In this document: in pieces, positions 9,262 through 18,050 of the stretch
Numbering within the stretch: the first letter of the stretch is position 1
Layout of the letters: every line of letters starts with the position of its first letter
Position numbers and translations under genes: made by a program
Notes under the pieces: model-generated
The model's input: only the letters and a program-made list of their open reading frames with translations
Database searches by the model: none
What the model was told of the DNA's origin: nothing
NCBI GenBank assembly: GCA_002683785.1
Contig: NYUB01000029.1
Coordinates: 1-57,354, forward strand
Direction: 5' to 3'
DNA from: Deltaproteobacteria bacterium
GTDB taxonomy: Bacteria; SAR324; NAC60-12
Length of the DNA: 57,354 nt

Positions 9262-11289
9262 TTATTTTCCACTTTCATCCTTACTATCAGGGTTAAAGCT
9301 CATTTGCATTCCACCTGGATTTTGACGGGGAAGAATCCTCACACGCTGAATCGCTTTGGGGGAGACCCGATTTCCCCGGGCTTGAACCCCTTTGATTGCA
9401 AGCTCATCGAAGTGGAAAGCATCACGACTTTTACGAAGGCGGGGATGGGGGACCAGCACGACTTCCACTGAAATTCCTGTGCCCTGACTGAGGTGGAGAA
9501 TCTTGGCCTGCTTGGCCTGTTCAAATAACCGGTATTCTTTTTCAAGGATGAATTTTTCCACCTTGAAGCGTTTTGCATAGCAGATCTGGCTTTCTCCTTC
9601 CGAATAGATGACATTGAAAACAATTTTGGAATCCAATTTATCCAGATGCAATAGATCTTTTCCAACAAACAGTTTTTCCGGCACACGAGTCAACTGGTAG
9701 CGTCCGTCACGATGGATCAGCAGAATTTTGTCCAGCGGAGAACAAAGGAAGGATGTTTCGGATTTGACCTTGGTTCCAAAAAATCCGCTGCTTCTATCCC
9801 AGAAGACTTTTTGCTCTTCCATCACCTCTTCCATTCGAACCTCGTCAAAGGTTTCTAGCCGGGATTTGCGTGGAAAGCTTGAGCCGTATTTTTCCTTGAG
9901 TTGTTGAATATACTGGATTGTGAAAAGTTTGATATTATTCAGTGAACGTTTCAGCTCTCTGATTTTCTTTTCCAATTCTTTCAATTCCTTGAGTCCGGCC
10001 TGCTGGTCGAAGCGTGAAATTCTTTTGATCTGGATCGTCAACAATTTCTCAATGTCCTCCTCGAGGATTGGTGCCGATAGTTCTTCTGCCAAAGGCTTCA
10101 TGGCCATTTCAACCCGTTTTAGCGCCTCTTCGTAACTTTCGGAATCTTCCAGTTTGCGATAAACCTTTTCTTCAATGAAATACATCTCCAATCGTTTCTG
10201 ATGCCATTGCCTACGTGTTTTTGCCAGAGCAAGTTCAAGCTCGTTTCTAAGCAGGTTTTTCAACCGGTCGGTATTGTGCCGGATGACATCGCTTACTGAG
10301 GAAAGAACCGGTTGATTATTCCGGATCACGAGCAAGTTCAATGAAATATTTTGTTCACATTGGGTATAGGCATAAAGCTGTTTGATCAGTTTATCCGTGT
10401 GATAACCTCGAGCAGTTTTCAATTCGATTTCAACCTGGTCGGTAGTAAAATCATTTATGGAAGCAAGTTTGAAACGATTTTTATTGACTGCATCCTGAAC
10501 GGACGAGATAAGAGACTCGGTGGTAACCCCATAAGGCACTTCACGGATCACCAGGGTTTTGTCATTGACCACTTCAATTTTTGCACGAACCCTGATCTTT
10601 CCATTCCCTTCATTGTACTGGGTCACATCCAAAAACCCTCCCGTCAGGAAATCTGGAAACAATTCAAAAGGCTTTTCTTCCAGATAGGAAATCTGTGCCT
10701 GAAGCACCTCATTGAAATTATGAGGGAGAATCCGGGTAGACATTCCTACTGCAATGCCTTCGGCTCCTAACAGAAGGGTTGCAGGAATTTTACACGGAAG
10801 CAGGATTGGTTCCTGATTTCTTCCATCATAACTTTCGGTGAATTCTGTCAATTCAGGATTAAAAAGAACTTCTCTTGCTAAAGGTGTCAGTCGAGCTTCA
10901 ATGTAACGTGATGCAGAAGCCGGATCTCCAGTGAAGAGGTTTCCGAAATTCCCCTGCCGTTCAATGAAATATTCCTTGTTGGCAACCACCACCAGCGCCG
11001 AGGCAATCGACGCGTCTCCATGAGGATGAAGCTTCATCGTATCACCAACGATGTTTGCGACTTTATTGAACTTTCCGTCATCCATCTCCATCATCGTATG
11101 CAAAATTCTCCTTTGCACCGGCTTCAATCCATCTTCAATGTCTGGGATTGCACGGTCCTTAATGACATAGGACGCATATTCGAGAAAATTCTGGTCCAGC
11201 AGCGATTTGATGTATTTCATCTGAGTTACGGAGATTTCTGATGCAATGGAAAGGAAAGGGAAGAATTGTGTAAATTCATAAGTTTTCAA
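9262..11289 (-). CDS. parC: type IIA topoisomerase subunit A, short ParC-like form
   Basis: GLKPVQRRILH, HPHGDASI and catalytic-Tyr context SASRYIEARL. Only 675 aa, so the C-terminal domain is much reduced. The start is ambiguous (TTG at 11289 or ATG at 11220). Confidence 0.8.
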   Translation of the reverse strand: MKTYEFTQFFPFLSIASEISVTQMKYIKSLLDQNFLEYASYVIKDRAIPDIEDGLKPVQRRILHTMMEMDDGKFNKVANIVGDTMKLHPHGDASIASALVVVANKEYFIERQGNFGNLFTGDPASASRYIEARLTPLAREVLFNPELTEFTESYDGRNQEPILLPCKIPATLLLGAEGIAVGMSTRILPHNFNEVLQAQISYLEEKPFELFPDFLTGGFLDVTQYNEGNGKIRVRAKIEVVNDKTLVIREVPYGVTTESLISSVQDAVNKNRFKLASINDFTTDQVEIELKTARGYHTDKLIKQLYAYTQCEQNISLNLLVIRNNQPVLSSVSDVIRHNTDRLKNLLRNELELALAKTRRQWHQKRLEMYFIEEKVYRKLEDSESYEEALKRVEMAMKPLAEELSAPILEEDIEKLLTIQIKRISRFDQQAGLKELKELEKKIRELKRSLNNIKLFTIQYIQQLKEKYGSSFPRKSRLETFDEVRMEEVMEEQKVFWDRSSGFFGTKVKSETSFLCSPLDKILLIHRDGRYQLTRVPEKLFVGKDLLHLDKLDSKIVFNVIYSEGESQICYAKRFKVEKFILEKEYRLFEQAKQAKILHLSQGTGISVEVVLVPHPRLRKSRDAFHFDELAIKGVQARGNRVSPKAIQRVRILPRQNPGGMQMSFNPDSKDESGK

Positions 11290-11308
11290 ACAATTGAATT
11301 AGACGCAG

Positions 11309-11350
11309 TATCCTCAATCGAAATTCAGAATGTTCTTTGAGGATATTTTT
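11309..11350. repeat. 9-bp inverted repeat TATCCTCAA/TTGAGGATA with 19-nt spacer, followed by TTTTT on the + strand
   Basis: Read directly in the serA-parC spacer. The T-run is on the strand opposite to both flanking genes, so its function (terminator or protein site) is unclear. Confidence 0.3.
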
Positions 11351-11373
11351 ATGCTAGTCAGAAAAATCATGGA

Positions 11374-12954
11374 CTAAAGCACAATTTTTCGCACCGAAGT
11401 AATGCCTTTGTTTGAGATCAGTTCATCCAGAATTTCTTTGGAGATATCCTGATCAACACTGATCACCGCCATGGCCTCTCCACCACGAACGTTACGGCCC
11501 AGTTCGAACTGGTTGATATTGATCTGATGCTTCCCAAGGCAGACCCCTATCACGCCGATCATGCCGGGTACATCGAGATTCGTTGTGACCAGCATCGTTC
11601 CGGAAGCCTCTATCTCGCAATAAAAATCATTAATCAGGGTAATTCGTGGATGAGGTCCGCTAAACACAACTCCACCAACGGTGAACTGCTTGCCCTTTAA
11701 TTTGAAGATGCATTTGAACGCACTTTCATAGTCGGTAAATCCTGGATCCGTCTCCTCAATGACTTTAAGTCCAACACTTTCTGCTAGTTGATCTGCATTC
11801 ACATAGCTGGCCTGATCATGGGATGCCTGAAGAAAACCTTTGAGAAAACAAAGACGGAGCAATGAGGTGTCCCATTTGGCTAGGGTACCGCGATATTTGA
11901 TTTCCAGTTGATTGGGCTGAAAATCAAGAAACTGTGAACTGAACATACCTATTTTTTCGACCAGTGTTGTATAATGTCGGACTGGGCTGGTTGGCAAAAC
12001 CTTGACACTCGGCATGTTGACCGGAAAGTCCACCACTTCTCCGCGCAGGGCTCTGGGCACTTGAGCGGCAATGGATTCGGCAATCCGAATTTGTGCTTCA
12101 GTTGTAGAAGCACCAATGTGCGGAGACATCACCACCTGAGGAAGCTTGCTGAAGGGATTTTCACCAGGAGGTTCAACTTCCCAAGTATCTATGCCTGCAG
12201 CAGCAACGTGGCCTGATTCAAGTGCATTCAACAGGGATTTTTCATGGATGACACCGCCCCGAGCAGTATTCAACAAAATCACTCCGGACTTCATCCGTTC
12301 TATCTCCTTCTCGGAAATCATTCCCCGGGTTTCACTGTTCAATGGAACATGAGGTGTAATCACATCAGAGGTACTGAGCAGCGTGATCCAATCTACTTTT
12401 TGAACTCCATGCCTTTCAAAAATTTCATCAGAAAGGTACGGATCAAAAGCCTGTACCTTCATTTCAAATGCATTTGCATAACGGGCAACGCGATGTCCTA
12501 CATTACCCAAACCAATCACTCCAAGGCATTTATTTAGCAACTCACCACCATTGAAGCGGTGACGTTCCCAATTCAGGGACTGCATGTTCTGATGCGCAGG
12601 AATAATCTTTCTGAATGCACTCAGGAGCAGTCCCATCGTCAATTCAGCTGCAGAGTTGGTATTCTTTCCTGGAGTGTTGATCACCAGGATGCCCCGTTCT
12701 GTAGCATATTCCACATCGATGTTACCCACCCCTACACCAGCTCGTGCAATCACCTTCAGTTCCGGTGCCGCCTCAATCAGTTCCCTGGTTATTCGAGTTT
12801 CTGATCGGGAAAGGATGCAATGATAGGGTCGAATGATACGAAGAACCTCCTCATAAGGCAGATCGGGAGAAAATTGAATTTCGATATCTATTTCTTGTTC
12901 TAGATTTTTTATTCCTTTGGGGTGAATGTCACCAGTGATGAGAACACGGAACAT
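11374..12954 (-). CDS. serA: D-3-phosphoglycerate dehydrogenase (long form with C-terminal ACT domain)
   Basis: 526 aa. NAD-binding GVIGLGNVGHRVA, catalytic-domain motifs, C-terminal regulatory extension. Confidence 0.9.
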   Translation of the reverse strand: MFRVLITGDIHPKGIKNLEQEIDIEIQFSPDLPYEEVLRIIRPYHCILSRSETRITRELIEAAPELKVIARAGVGVGNIDVEYATERGILVINTPGKNTNSAAELTMGLLLSAFRKIIPAHQNMQSLNWERHRFNGGELLNKCLGVIGLGNVGHRVARYANAFEMKVQAFDPYLSDEIFERHGVQKVDWITLLSTSDVITPHVPLNSETRGMISEKEIERMKSGVILLNTARGGVIHEKSLLNALESGHVAAAGIDTWEVEPPGENPFSKLPQVVMSPHIGASTTEAQIRIAESIAAQVPRALRGEVVDFPVNMPSVKVLPTSPVRHYTTLVEKIGMFSSQFLDFQPNQLEIKYRGTLAKWDTSLLRLCFLKGFLQASHDQASYVNADQLAESVGLKVIEETDPGFTDYESAFKCIFKLKGKQFTVGGVVFSGPHPRITLINDFYCEIEASGTMLVTTNLDVPGMIGVIGVCLGKHQININQFELGRNVRGGEAMAVISVDQDISKEILDELISNKGITSVRKIVL

Positions 12955-13169
12955 GGATTACTATGAATGAGGAATTTGGAAAATAATTTTGAATCCTGAT
13001 CAGTTTCTCATATTGGAACCTTTTTGCAAGAAAGCATGATGATCGAAACCATCATGAATCCTGAAATCCTTCGATGAAGAAGCCTCTCTTCATCAAAGAA
13101 ATCTATATGTTAATTCAATAAGGATTGAAAAACCTGGGATCTACGGATTACTGATTCAAGGAGGGAAGA

Positions 13170-13202
13170 GGACGGGAGATGAAGGTTCCCGTCCTATTTT
13201 GT
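13170..13202 (+). terminator. intrinsic-terminator-like hairpin with no upstream + strand gene
   Basis: GC-rich 8-bp stem GGACGGGA/TCCCGTCC (13170-13177 / 13187-13194), 9-nt loop, then TATTTTGT. Confidence 0.45.
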
Positions 13203-13506
13203 GATGTTTAGCTTGCTTATTGCATGGAGCGTAAAGCCGATGCTGCAGAGTTTCACCCTAGAAGCCTTTACGCATCAAGACCTCTTCCGGGGTCAGACGA
13301 TGAAAACAACGTGTCCGCACTGATAAACGACGGAAAGGATACAAAACCTTCTTTTCTGACTCTTTCATGGATACAAATCGAAATAGGGTTCAAAATTCCG
13401 GCTTGATGAATTACAAACCGATTGCCAAAGCCTTCAACGTACTTTCCTTGATCAACAAGGTTTGCAATTCGATTGGCCAAGAATTTTCATTGACCAGATG
13501 CATGTT

Positions 13507-13523
13507 AATCAAAAGCTTTGATT
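13507..13523. promoter_or_regulatory. palindrome AATCAAA-agc-TTTGATT upstream of the RHH gene (candidate operator)
   Basis: 7-bp perfect inverted arms, centred about 75 nt upstream of the ATG at 13591. RHH repressors commonly autoregulate through such sites. Confidence 0.3.
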
Positions 13524-13590
13524 CAATTATCGGAAACCAGGAAAAATTCTTGAGCGCCAGATTCAGTAAAAATTTGTTTTAGGAGTTTAC

Positions 13591-13848
13591 ATGTCACGCG
13601 GAGGCTTCCGACAGGGAGCAGGAAGGAAAAAAGAATACACCGAGCCGGTAAAAAAAATTTTGCTGGGTTTGCCTGAATCTGTACTTGAGGAATTGGACCA
13701 ATTTGCGGTGAATCGCAAACTCTCCCGGCCTAAGGCAGTCGCTGAACTACTGAAATTGGTCCAAGAAAAACCTCCTACTCTCCAACTGAAATCCGTTTTA
13801 ATGGAAGAGCTCCGGGAACTCCAGAACGAGATCCGAAAATCACACTAA
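13591..13848 (+). CDS. ribbon-helix-helix (CopG-like) DNA-binding protein
   Basis: 85 aa. AGGAG lies 5 nt upstream of the ATG. KKILLGLPESVLEELDQFAVNRKLSRPKAVAELL fits a beta-strand plus two helices RHH pattern. Confidence 0.6.
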   Translation: MSRGGFRQGAGRKKEYTEPVKKILLGLPESVLEELDQFAVNRKLSRPKAVAELLKLVQEKPPTLQLKSVLMEELRELQNEIRKSH

Positions 13849-14060
13849 ATTTTTTCATCTCCGGTTTCAACCTTGCTACGAGTTTCCATTATGCTATCTG
13901 CATGAACGGACTTTTCCGAATCAGGTTGATCTTTTATTTCTCCATAAATCGAATTCAATTGCTGCTTAGCCTCACGAAATCGGCGTCGTGAACGTCTGAT
14001 TTCCCACCATCCCAATAGGAGCATCGCCACAAACATCATCACAATCAGCACGATTCCCAT
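13845..14060 (-). CDS. small single-pass membrane protein, unknown function
   Basis: 71 aa. N-terminal TM helix GIVLIVMMFVAMLLLGWW followed by an RRSRRRF stop-transfer. ATG start. The 3' end overlaps the RHH gene by 4 nt, convergently. Confidence 0.4.
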   Translation of the reverse strand: MGIVLIVMMFVAMLLLGWWEIRRSRRRFREAKQQLNSIYGEIKDQPDSEKSVHADSIMETRSKVETGDEKI

Positions 14061-14137
14061 CTTTTCCAGGTGTATAGATGAAACAGGAAGTAGGAGTTTT
14101 CAGCTATTGGAAAGGCAAAGAATGGTTAGCATCTTTT

Positions 14138-14389
14138 TCAGGATTTGATCCGTCTCCGCATCCAACCGACATAAACCAGGGCACCAAGAAATGCAATACC
14201 AATGGAGAGCAGGCCAGCTCGTTTTTGTTCCACTCCGAAAAGCATGAAAAGCATGATCAAACCATAAAGAGAGATCATGATTCCCAGAAACCAGTCGACC
14301 CATGGAAAAGAATGCTTGTCACGCTTTCCTAGTTTTCGACGCAAATAAAACCAGCCACCAATAATAAGCAGGAAAAGAACCAATTTCAT
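14138..14389 (-). CDS. small polytopic membrane protein (about 3 TM), unknown function
   Basis: The ATG at 14389 overlaps the upstream gene's TGA (ATGA coupling). The sequence is strongly hydrophobic (LVLFLLIIGGWFY, FLGIMISLYGLIMLFMLF, LLSIGIAFLGALVYVGW). Confidence 0.5.
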   Translation of the reverse strand: MKLVLFLLIIGGWFYLRRKLGKRDKHSFPWVDWFLGIMISLYGLIMLFMLFGVEQKRAGLLSIGIAFLGALVYVGWMRRRIKS

Positions 14390-15003
14390 CTGGAATTCTT
14401 TTTTTGGTATAGTACCGGATTCAAACTCGAATCGTTGTACATTTTCATCTGTCGATAAACCTTTAGGGTCTTTCTCCCGAAAACCAGATCCTCCAGGAAT
14501 TCCATCAGGCATTTCCCCAAATCCCGACGTTGTTCCTGAAGCAGCATCAATTTGGCTTCACAGTTTTTCTGGTGTTCAGAGGATGCGTCTACACGCTTCG
14601 TTTCTTCATCCATATGATATATTTTCAAGGCACTGATGGAAAGCCTGTCAATCATGCTTCCCGGTGTTTCGCTGTTCAGTCTGGCATCCACCATGATCCT
14701 GACAGAGCGTTGCCCTAGTTCATCTAGAAGTGCTTCATCGATTTTTTCAATCTCATCATTGCGCTTTTGATTGAGCCGGTCGATGCTTCTCTTTACCGTT
14801 GCAATTATTGCATCGGATGCATCCGGGTCCCGGGCCTTGTCTTCCTCATGCCAAAGGTCGAAATTGGTATGATGCTGTTCGGACACTAGCTGGTACAAAG
14901 GATCTCCACTTTCTGGGATATTTTGTACGTTATGCCAGTCTCCCACCTGGCTTAGCTGTCTCTGAAGCAGCCATTCGACATCAAGAAGATGTACGGAATT
15001 CAT
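14386..15003 (-). CDS. DUF4254-like protein (unknown function, recalled as a neighbour of GT9 genes)
   Basis: ATG at 15003 (the track start at 15063 is GTG, deep inside the GT9 gene). The HHTNFDLWHEEDKAR segment resembles the DUF4254 family from memory, unverified. Confidence 0.55.
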   Translation of the reverse strand: MNSVHLLDVEWLLQRQLSQVGDWHNVQNIPESGDPLYQLVSEQHHTNFDLWHEEDKARDPDASDAIIATVKRSIDRLNQKRNDEIEKIDEALLDELGQRSVRIMVDARLNSETPGSMIDRLSISALKIYHMDEETKRVDASSEHQKNCEAKLMLLQEQRRDLGKCLMEFLEDLVFGRKTLKVYRQMKMYNDSSLNPVLYQKKNSR

Positions 15004-16009
15004 TTTTATGCTCGGAAAGGAGATCTTTGAGCGCCTGATGAACCTCATTAAAGGGTACATCACGAATACAACTCAGGTGATCGCAATTGGGGTAAGTGCA
15101 GTTGTTTTTACAGCCCGGATCATATTCCACACTTCGGTGAATGGTTTGCTCAGGAGGAGTCCAACTCACTGCAGAAGGTTTGCCGAAAACGCCTAATGAA
15201 GGAATTCCTGCTGCAATCGCCAGATGCCGCAAACCATTATCGTTTCCAAAATGAAGGTCCATTTGAGCAAGCAAGGCACGTGTCTGGAGTAGGTTTGGAA
15301 TACCCACAGGTGGCATGGGATCATTTTTCATTTCCATGGTCACTGAATCAATGAAGTGTTCCTCTCCTGGGCCATGGAGGAAGTATACTTGGGCACCATA
15401 TGATTCTATAAGCCAGTCTATTAATTTTGCAAAATGTACCGTTGGCCAGACCTTGTAGGGCTGACGTGAAACGGGAGAGACTGAAACCTGGAGCCTGCCG
15501 GGTTGGGCTCCCAGGGATTTCAAGAGTTCCAAAGCATAATCATGATCTTCAGAAGAAAATTTCATCTCCAACTCAAGATCCGTACTTTCTGCTCCAAGTA
15601 ACTCCAGCAGTTTCATTTTATGCTGTGCTGAATAAGTCGAATCGGAAGGAAAGCTAACGGCTCTGTGGTAAACCCAGCTTCTACCCTTGAAATCGAATCC
15701 AATGCGAAAACCTGAACCTGAAAAACGACTCAATAATGCGGTTCTGGGATTTCCTTGAAAATCAATGACGCAGTCATAATTTTGATGGCGAATCCTGCGG
15801 TAGAATTTTTGAAGTTCCCGAATCGATTTTTTTTTGGGATAGACAAGCAGATGATCCAGGTGCGGGTTATATTTGTATACCTGATCGGAAGGGGTTTCTG
15901 TCAGAAAACTTATGATAGCATCCGGGAAGGACTTTCTTAGCGCCCTTATAGCAGGTGTGGTCATCATCACGTCCCCAATCCTGCGAAGCTGGATCAGGAG
16001 CAGATTCAT
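14981..16009 (-). CDS. glycosyltransferase family 9 (LPS heptosyltransferase)
   Basis: MNLLLIQLRRIGDVMMTTPAIRALR is the typical GT9 N-terminus, and GNDNGLRHLA lies near the C-terminus. ATG at 16009 (the track TTG is at 16027). Confidence 0.85.
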   Translation of the reverse strand: MNLLLIQLRRIGDVMMTTPAIRALRKSFPDAIISFLTETPSDQVYKYNPHLDHLLVYPKKKSIRELQKFYRRIRHQNYDCVIDFQGNPRTALLSRFSGSGFRIGFDFKGRSWVYHRAVSFPSDSTYSAQHKMKLLELLGAESTDLELEMKFSSEDHDYALELLKSLGAQPGRLQVSVSPVSRQPYKVWPTVHFAKLIDWLIESYGAQVYFLHGPGEEHFIDSVTMEMKNDPMPPVGIPNLLQTRALLAQMDLHFGNDNGLRHLAIAAGIPSLGVFGKPSAVSWTPPEQTIHRSVEYDPGCKNNCTYPNCDHLSCIRDVPFNEVHQALKDLLSEHKNEFRTSS

Positions 16010-16033
16010 AGATCCCTTTTTACCCAAAGGAAA

Positions 16034-16357
16034 TCACTCATCCGATTGAAGCGTGATCTCCCGCATTCGTTGTTCTTTGGAAGCAATTTCCTGGATCTGA
16101 GCTCCTACTTTATCATGGCTGATAACAGGAAGAACTTTGGCAATGAACTGGTCATTTACCCATAGTTCAAGTGGCTGGTCTGCTATCGAATCAAGTTCTA
16201 GAACCGAACCCTGGCCGAGCTTGAGAATCTCTGCAATTTCCATGTGGCATTCCCCAAGGATCAGACGTGTGGTCAGCGTCATTTCCGGAAGGGCTTTAAA
16301 CTTTCCACCCGTTTCCTGGTTGATCAGTTCAGCTTCGGAAATATTTTTTCCTGCCAT
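16034..16357 (-). CDS. FliN/SpoA-domain protein (flagellar switch / T3SS sorting-platform family)
   Basis: 107 aa. LGECHMEIAEILKLGQGSVLELDSIADQPLELWVNDQFIAKV aligns by eye to the FliN C-terminal domain ([36 protein letters not shown]). Confidence 0.75.
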   Translation of the reverse strand: MAGKNISEAELINQETGGKFKALPEMTLTTRLILGECHMEIAEILKLGQGSVLELDSIADQPLELWVNDQFIAKVLPVISHDKVGAQIQEIASKEQRMREITLQSDE

Positions 16358-16586
16358 TATTTTTTCAGAAGTGAATGAACCGACAAAGAACTCGCTTTAT
16401 GATCGAAGTTTTGTTAGATATGAACTGTAACTATACCATCCACTTTATTCAGAACAAGCTGATTTAGCTTCTGTTTATCCGATCATTTTACACTTAACTT
16501 GCAACTTGGATGAAGCATCTACCAACCCTTTAAGCAGATAGAAGTCATGCTTCAGATCATTTTAAGAAAAAAGTTGAGATAAAACA

Positions 16587-17681
16587 GTGACCCTGCTGGC
16601 TTCACCCACAAATTCATCCCCCTACCCTGAAATGCTTGGCCAAGACCAACTGCTCCTTTTGCAGGAAGAGGGTATCAGCGTCAGGGAATTGAGAAACGGT
16701 TGTCTAGGTTCGTTCCGAAATCTTGTGGAAAAAATCTTTAATAGCTGGAGTATTGGAGAGTTGTCTGTAGTGCGCAACTGGGGCAGATCTCAAGTAGAAG
16801 CACAAACTGTAATATACGAAAACAGTGCCTGCTTACTTCCGGACGATATCATTCTTCTGAAAAAAGAAGTAGAAGCTGTTTCTTCGTACAAAGTGGTAAC
16901 CTGGAATGTGAATTCGGTCCGATCAAGAATGAATGTTCTCCTTCAGTGGCTAGAAACCCACCAGCCCGAAGTAGTTTGCCTTCAGGAAACCAAAGTTGAG
17001 GATTCTATGTTTCCTGCATGGGAGTTGGAACAGGCAGGTTACCATTCATGCTGGTACGGGCAAAAAACATACAACGGCGTGGCGATCCTTTCAAGGCAGC
17101 CCCTGACAGACATCCGTAAGGGTTTTGAAAACGGATATGATTCAGAAAATGCACGCCTGATTTCTGGAATCTGGAAAGGAATCCGAATCATCAATGTTTA
17201 TGTGCCGCAAGGTCAGAACACTGAATCCGAAAAATTTGTCTACAAACTCGAATTTCTGAAACAACTTTTTCTTGAAATCACTTCTGGAACCTACTCGGAT
17301 TTACCAATGATCATGGTTGGAGACTTCAACGTCGCTTTGGATTCTGGAGATGTCAATGATCCGGAAGCCATGATGGGACATGTCAGTTATCATCCGAGGG
17401 AGCATGAAAGAATGAATGCGTTCCTCAACCCAAACCCATCAAAATCCGAACAAACCCAACTGCATGATATTTTCCGATGCTTCGACTCCCGGGAACATCA
17501 GTTCACCTGGTGGGATTTTCGTACTCGAGGGTTTGAGAGAGGCGAAGGAATGAGGATTGACCATATCCTTGCCTCCTCCTCACTGCTCACACTTATGAAA
17601 AGCTGCACTATCGACTCCCATGTAAGGGGAGGAGAAAAACCTTCGGATCATGCCCCGGTCATTTGTGAAATTGAAATTTAA
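16587..17681 (+). CDS. xth: exodeoxyribonuclease III with about 100-aa N-terminal extension
   Basis: The ExoIII core starts at KVVTWNVNSVRSR...CLQETK and ends in SDHAPV. The frame is open for 306 nt upstream, from the GTG at 16587. An in-frame GTG at 16893 would give a canonical 262-aa protein. Confidence 0.85.
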   Translation: MTLLASPTNSSPYPEMLGQDQLLLLQEEGISVRELRNGCLGSFRNLVEKIFNSWSIGELSVVRNWGRSQVEAQTVIYENSACLLPDDIILLKKEVEAVSSYKVVTWNVNSVRSRMNVLLQWLETHQPEVVCLQETKVEDSMFPAWELEQAGYHSCWYGQKTYNGVAILSRQPLTDIRKGFENGYDSENARLISGIWKGIRIINVYVPQGQNTESEKFVYKLEFLKQLFLEITSGTYSDLPMIMVGDFNVALDSGDVNDPEAMMGHVSYHPREHERMNAFLNPNPSKSEQTQLHDIFRCFDSREHQFTWWDFRTRGFERGEGMRIDHILASSSLLTLMKSCTIDSHVRGGEKPSDHAPVICEIEI

Positions 17682-17694
17682 AGACCTGGCCCTC

Positions 17695-18036
17695 ATGGAA
17701 AATCTCAGTAATATTACACAAACTGTCATTCGCCGATTTTTGGTGATTAGCCTAATTATTGCATTGATAGTATCACAGGCTCAGGCTCAAGAATCAGATC
17801 GTCCCAGCAGTGGAGCGATGATGATTGATGTACCGATCAGAGTTTTGAGCTTAGGATTGAGTGTGGTTTCCACAGCGTTTTTTGTCGTGGCTCTTCCGTT
17901 TACCCTCACCTCCGGAAGCACCGGAGAAGCTTGGGAGACCTTGGTGGAAGAACCATTTGAATTCACTTTCTTCCGACCTTTGGGTCAATTTGATGACTGG
18001 AAAACAGAGGAATCTACAGAAAATGAAGAGTCTTGA
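17695..18036 (+). CDS. small exported/membrane protein, unknown function
   Basis: ATG at 17695, just after the xth stop. Signal-like LVISLIIALIVSQAQAQ, a second hydrophobic segment, and an acidic tail (PFEFTFFRPLGQFDDWKTEESTENEES). Confidence 0.5.
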   Translation: MENLSNITQTVIRRFLVISLIIALIVSQAQAQESDRPSSGAMMIDVPIRVLSLGLSVVSTAFFVVALPFTLTSGSTGEAWETLVEEPFEFTFFRPLGQFDDWKTEESTENEES

Positions 18037-18050
18037 ATGAGATGATTAAA

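Noticed and set aside
13161-13201. 10-codon mini-ORF (MKVPVLFCDV) after AAGGAGG inside the terminator hairpin. Considered as a leader peptide.
   Set aside because: The SD-to-ATG spacing is about 14 nt, the ORF lies within the stem-loop itself, and no regulated + strand gene lies downstream.
13268-13480. 70-aa minus-strand ORF and two + strand ORFs (13224-13406, 13367-13582) in the serA-RHH spacer. Considered as a possible toxin partner for the RHH protein.
   Set aside because: The 70-aa ORF starts with TTG and has a stop 3 codons upstream. None has a ribosome-binding site or a recognisable toxin fold, and the orientation does not fit a TA pair. I treat the region as non-coding or decayed.
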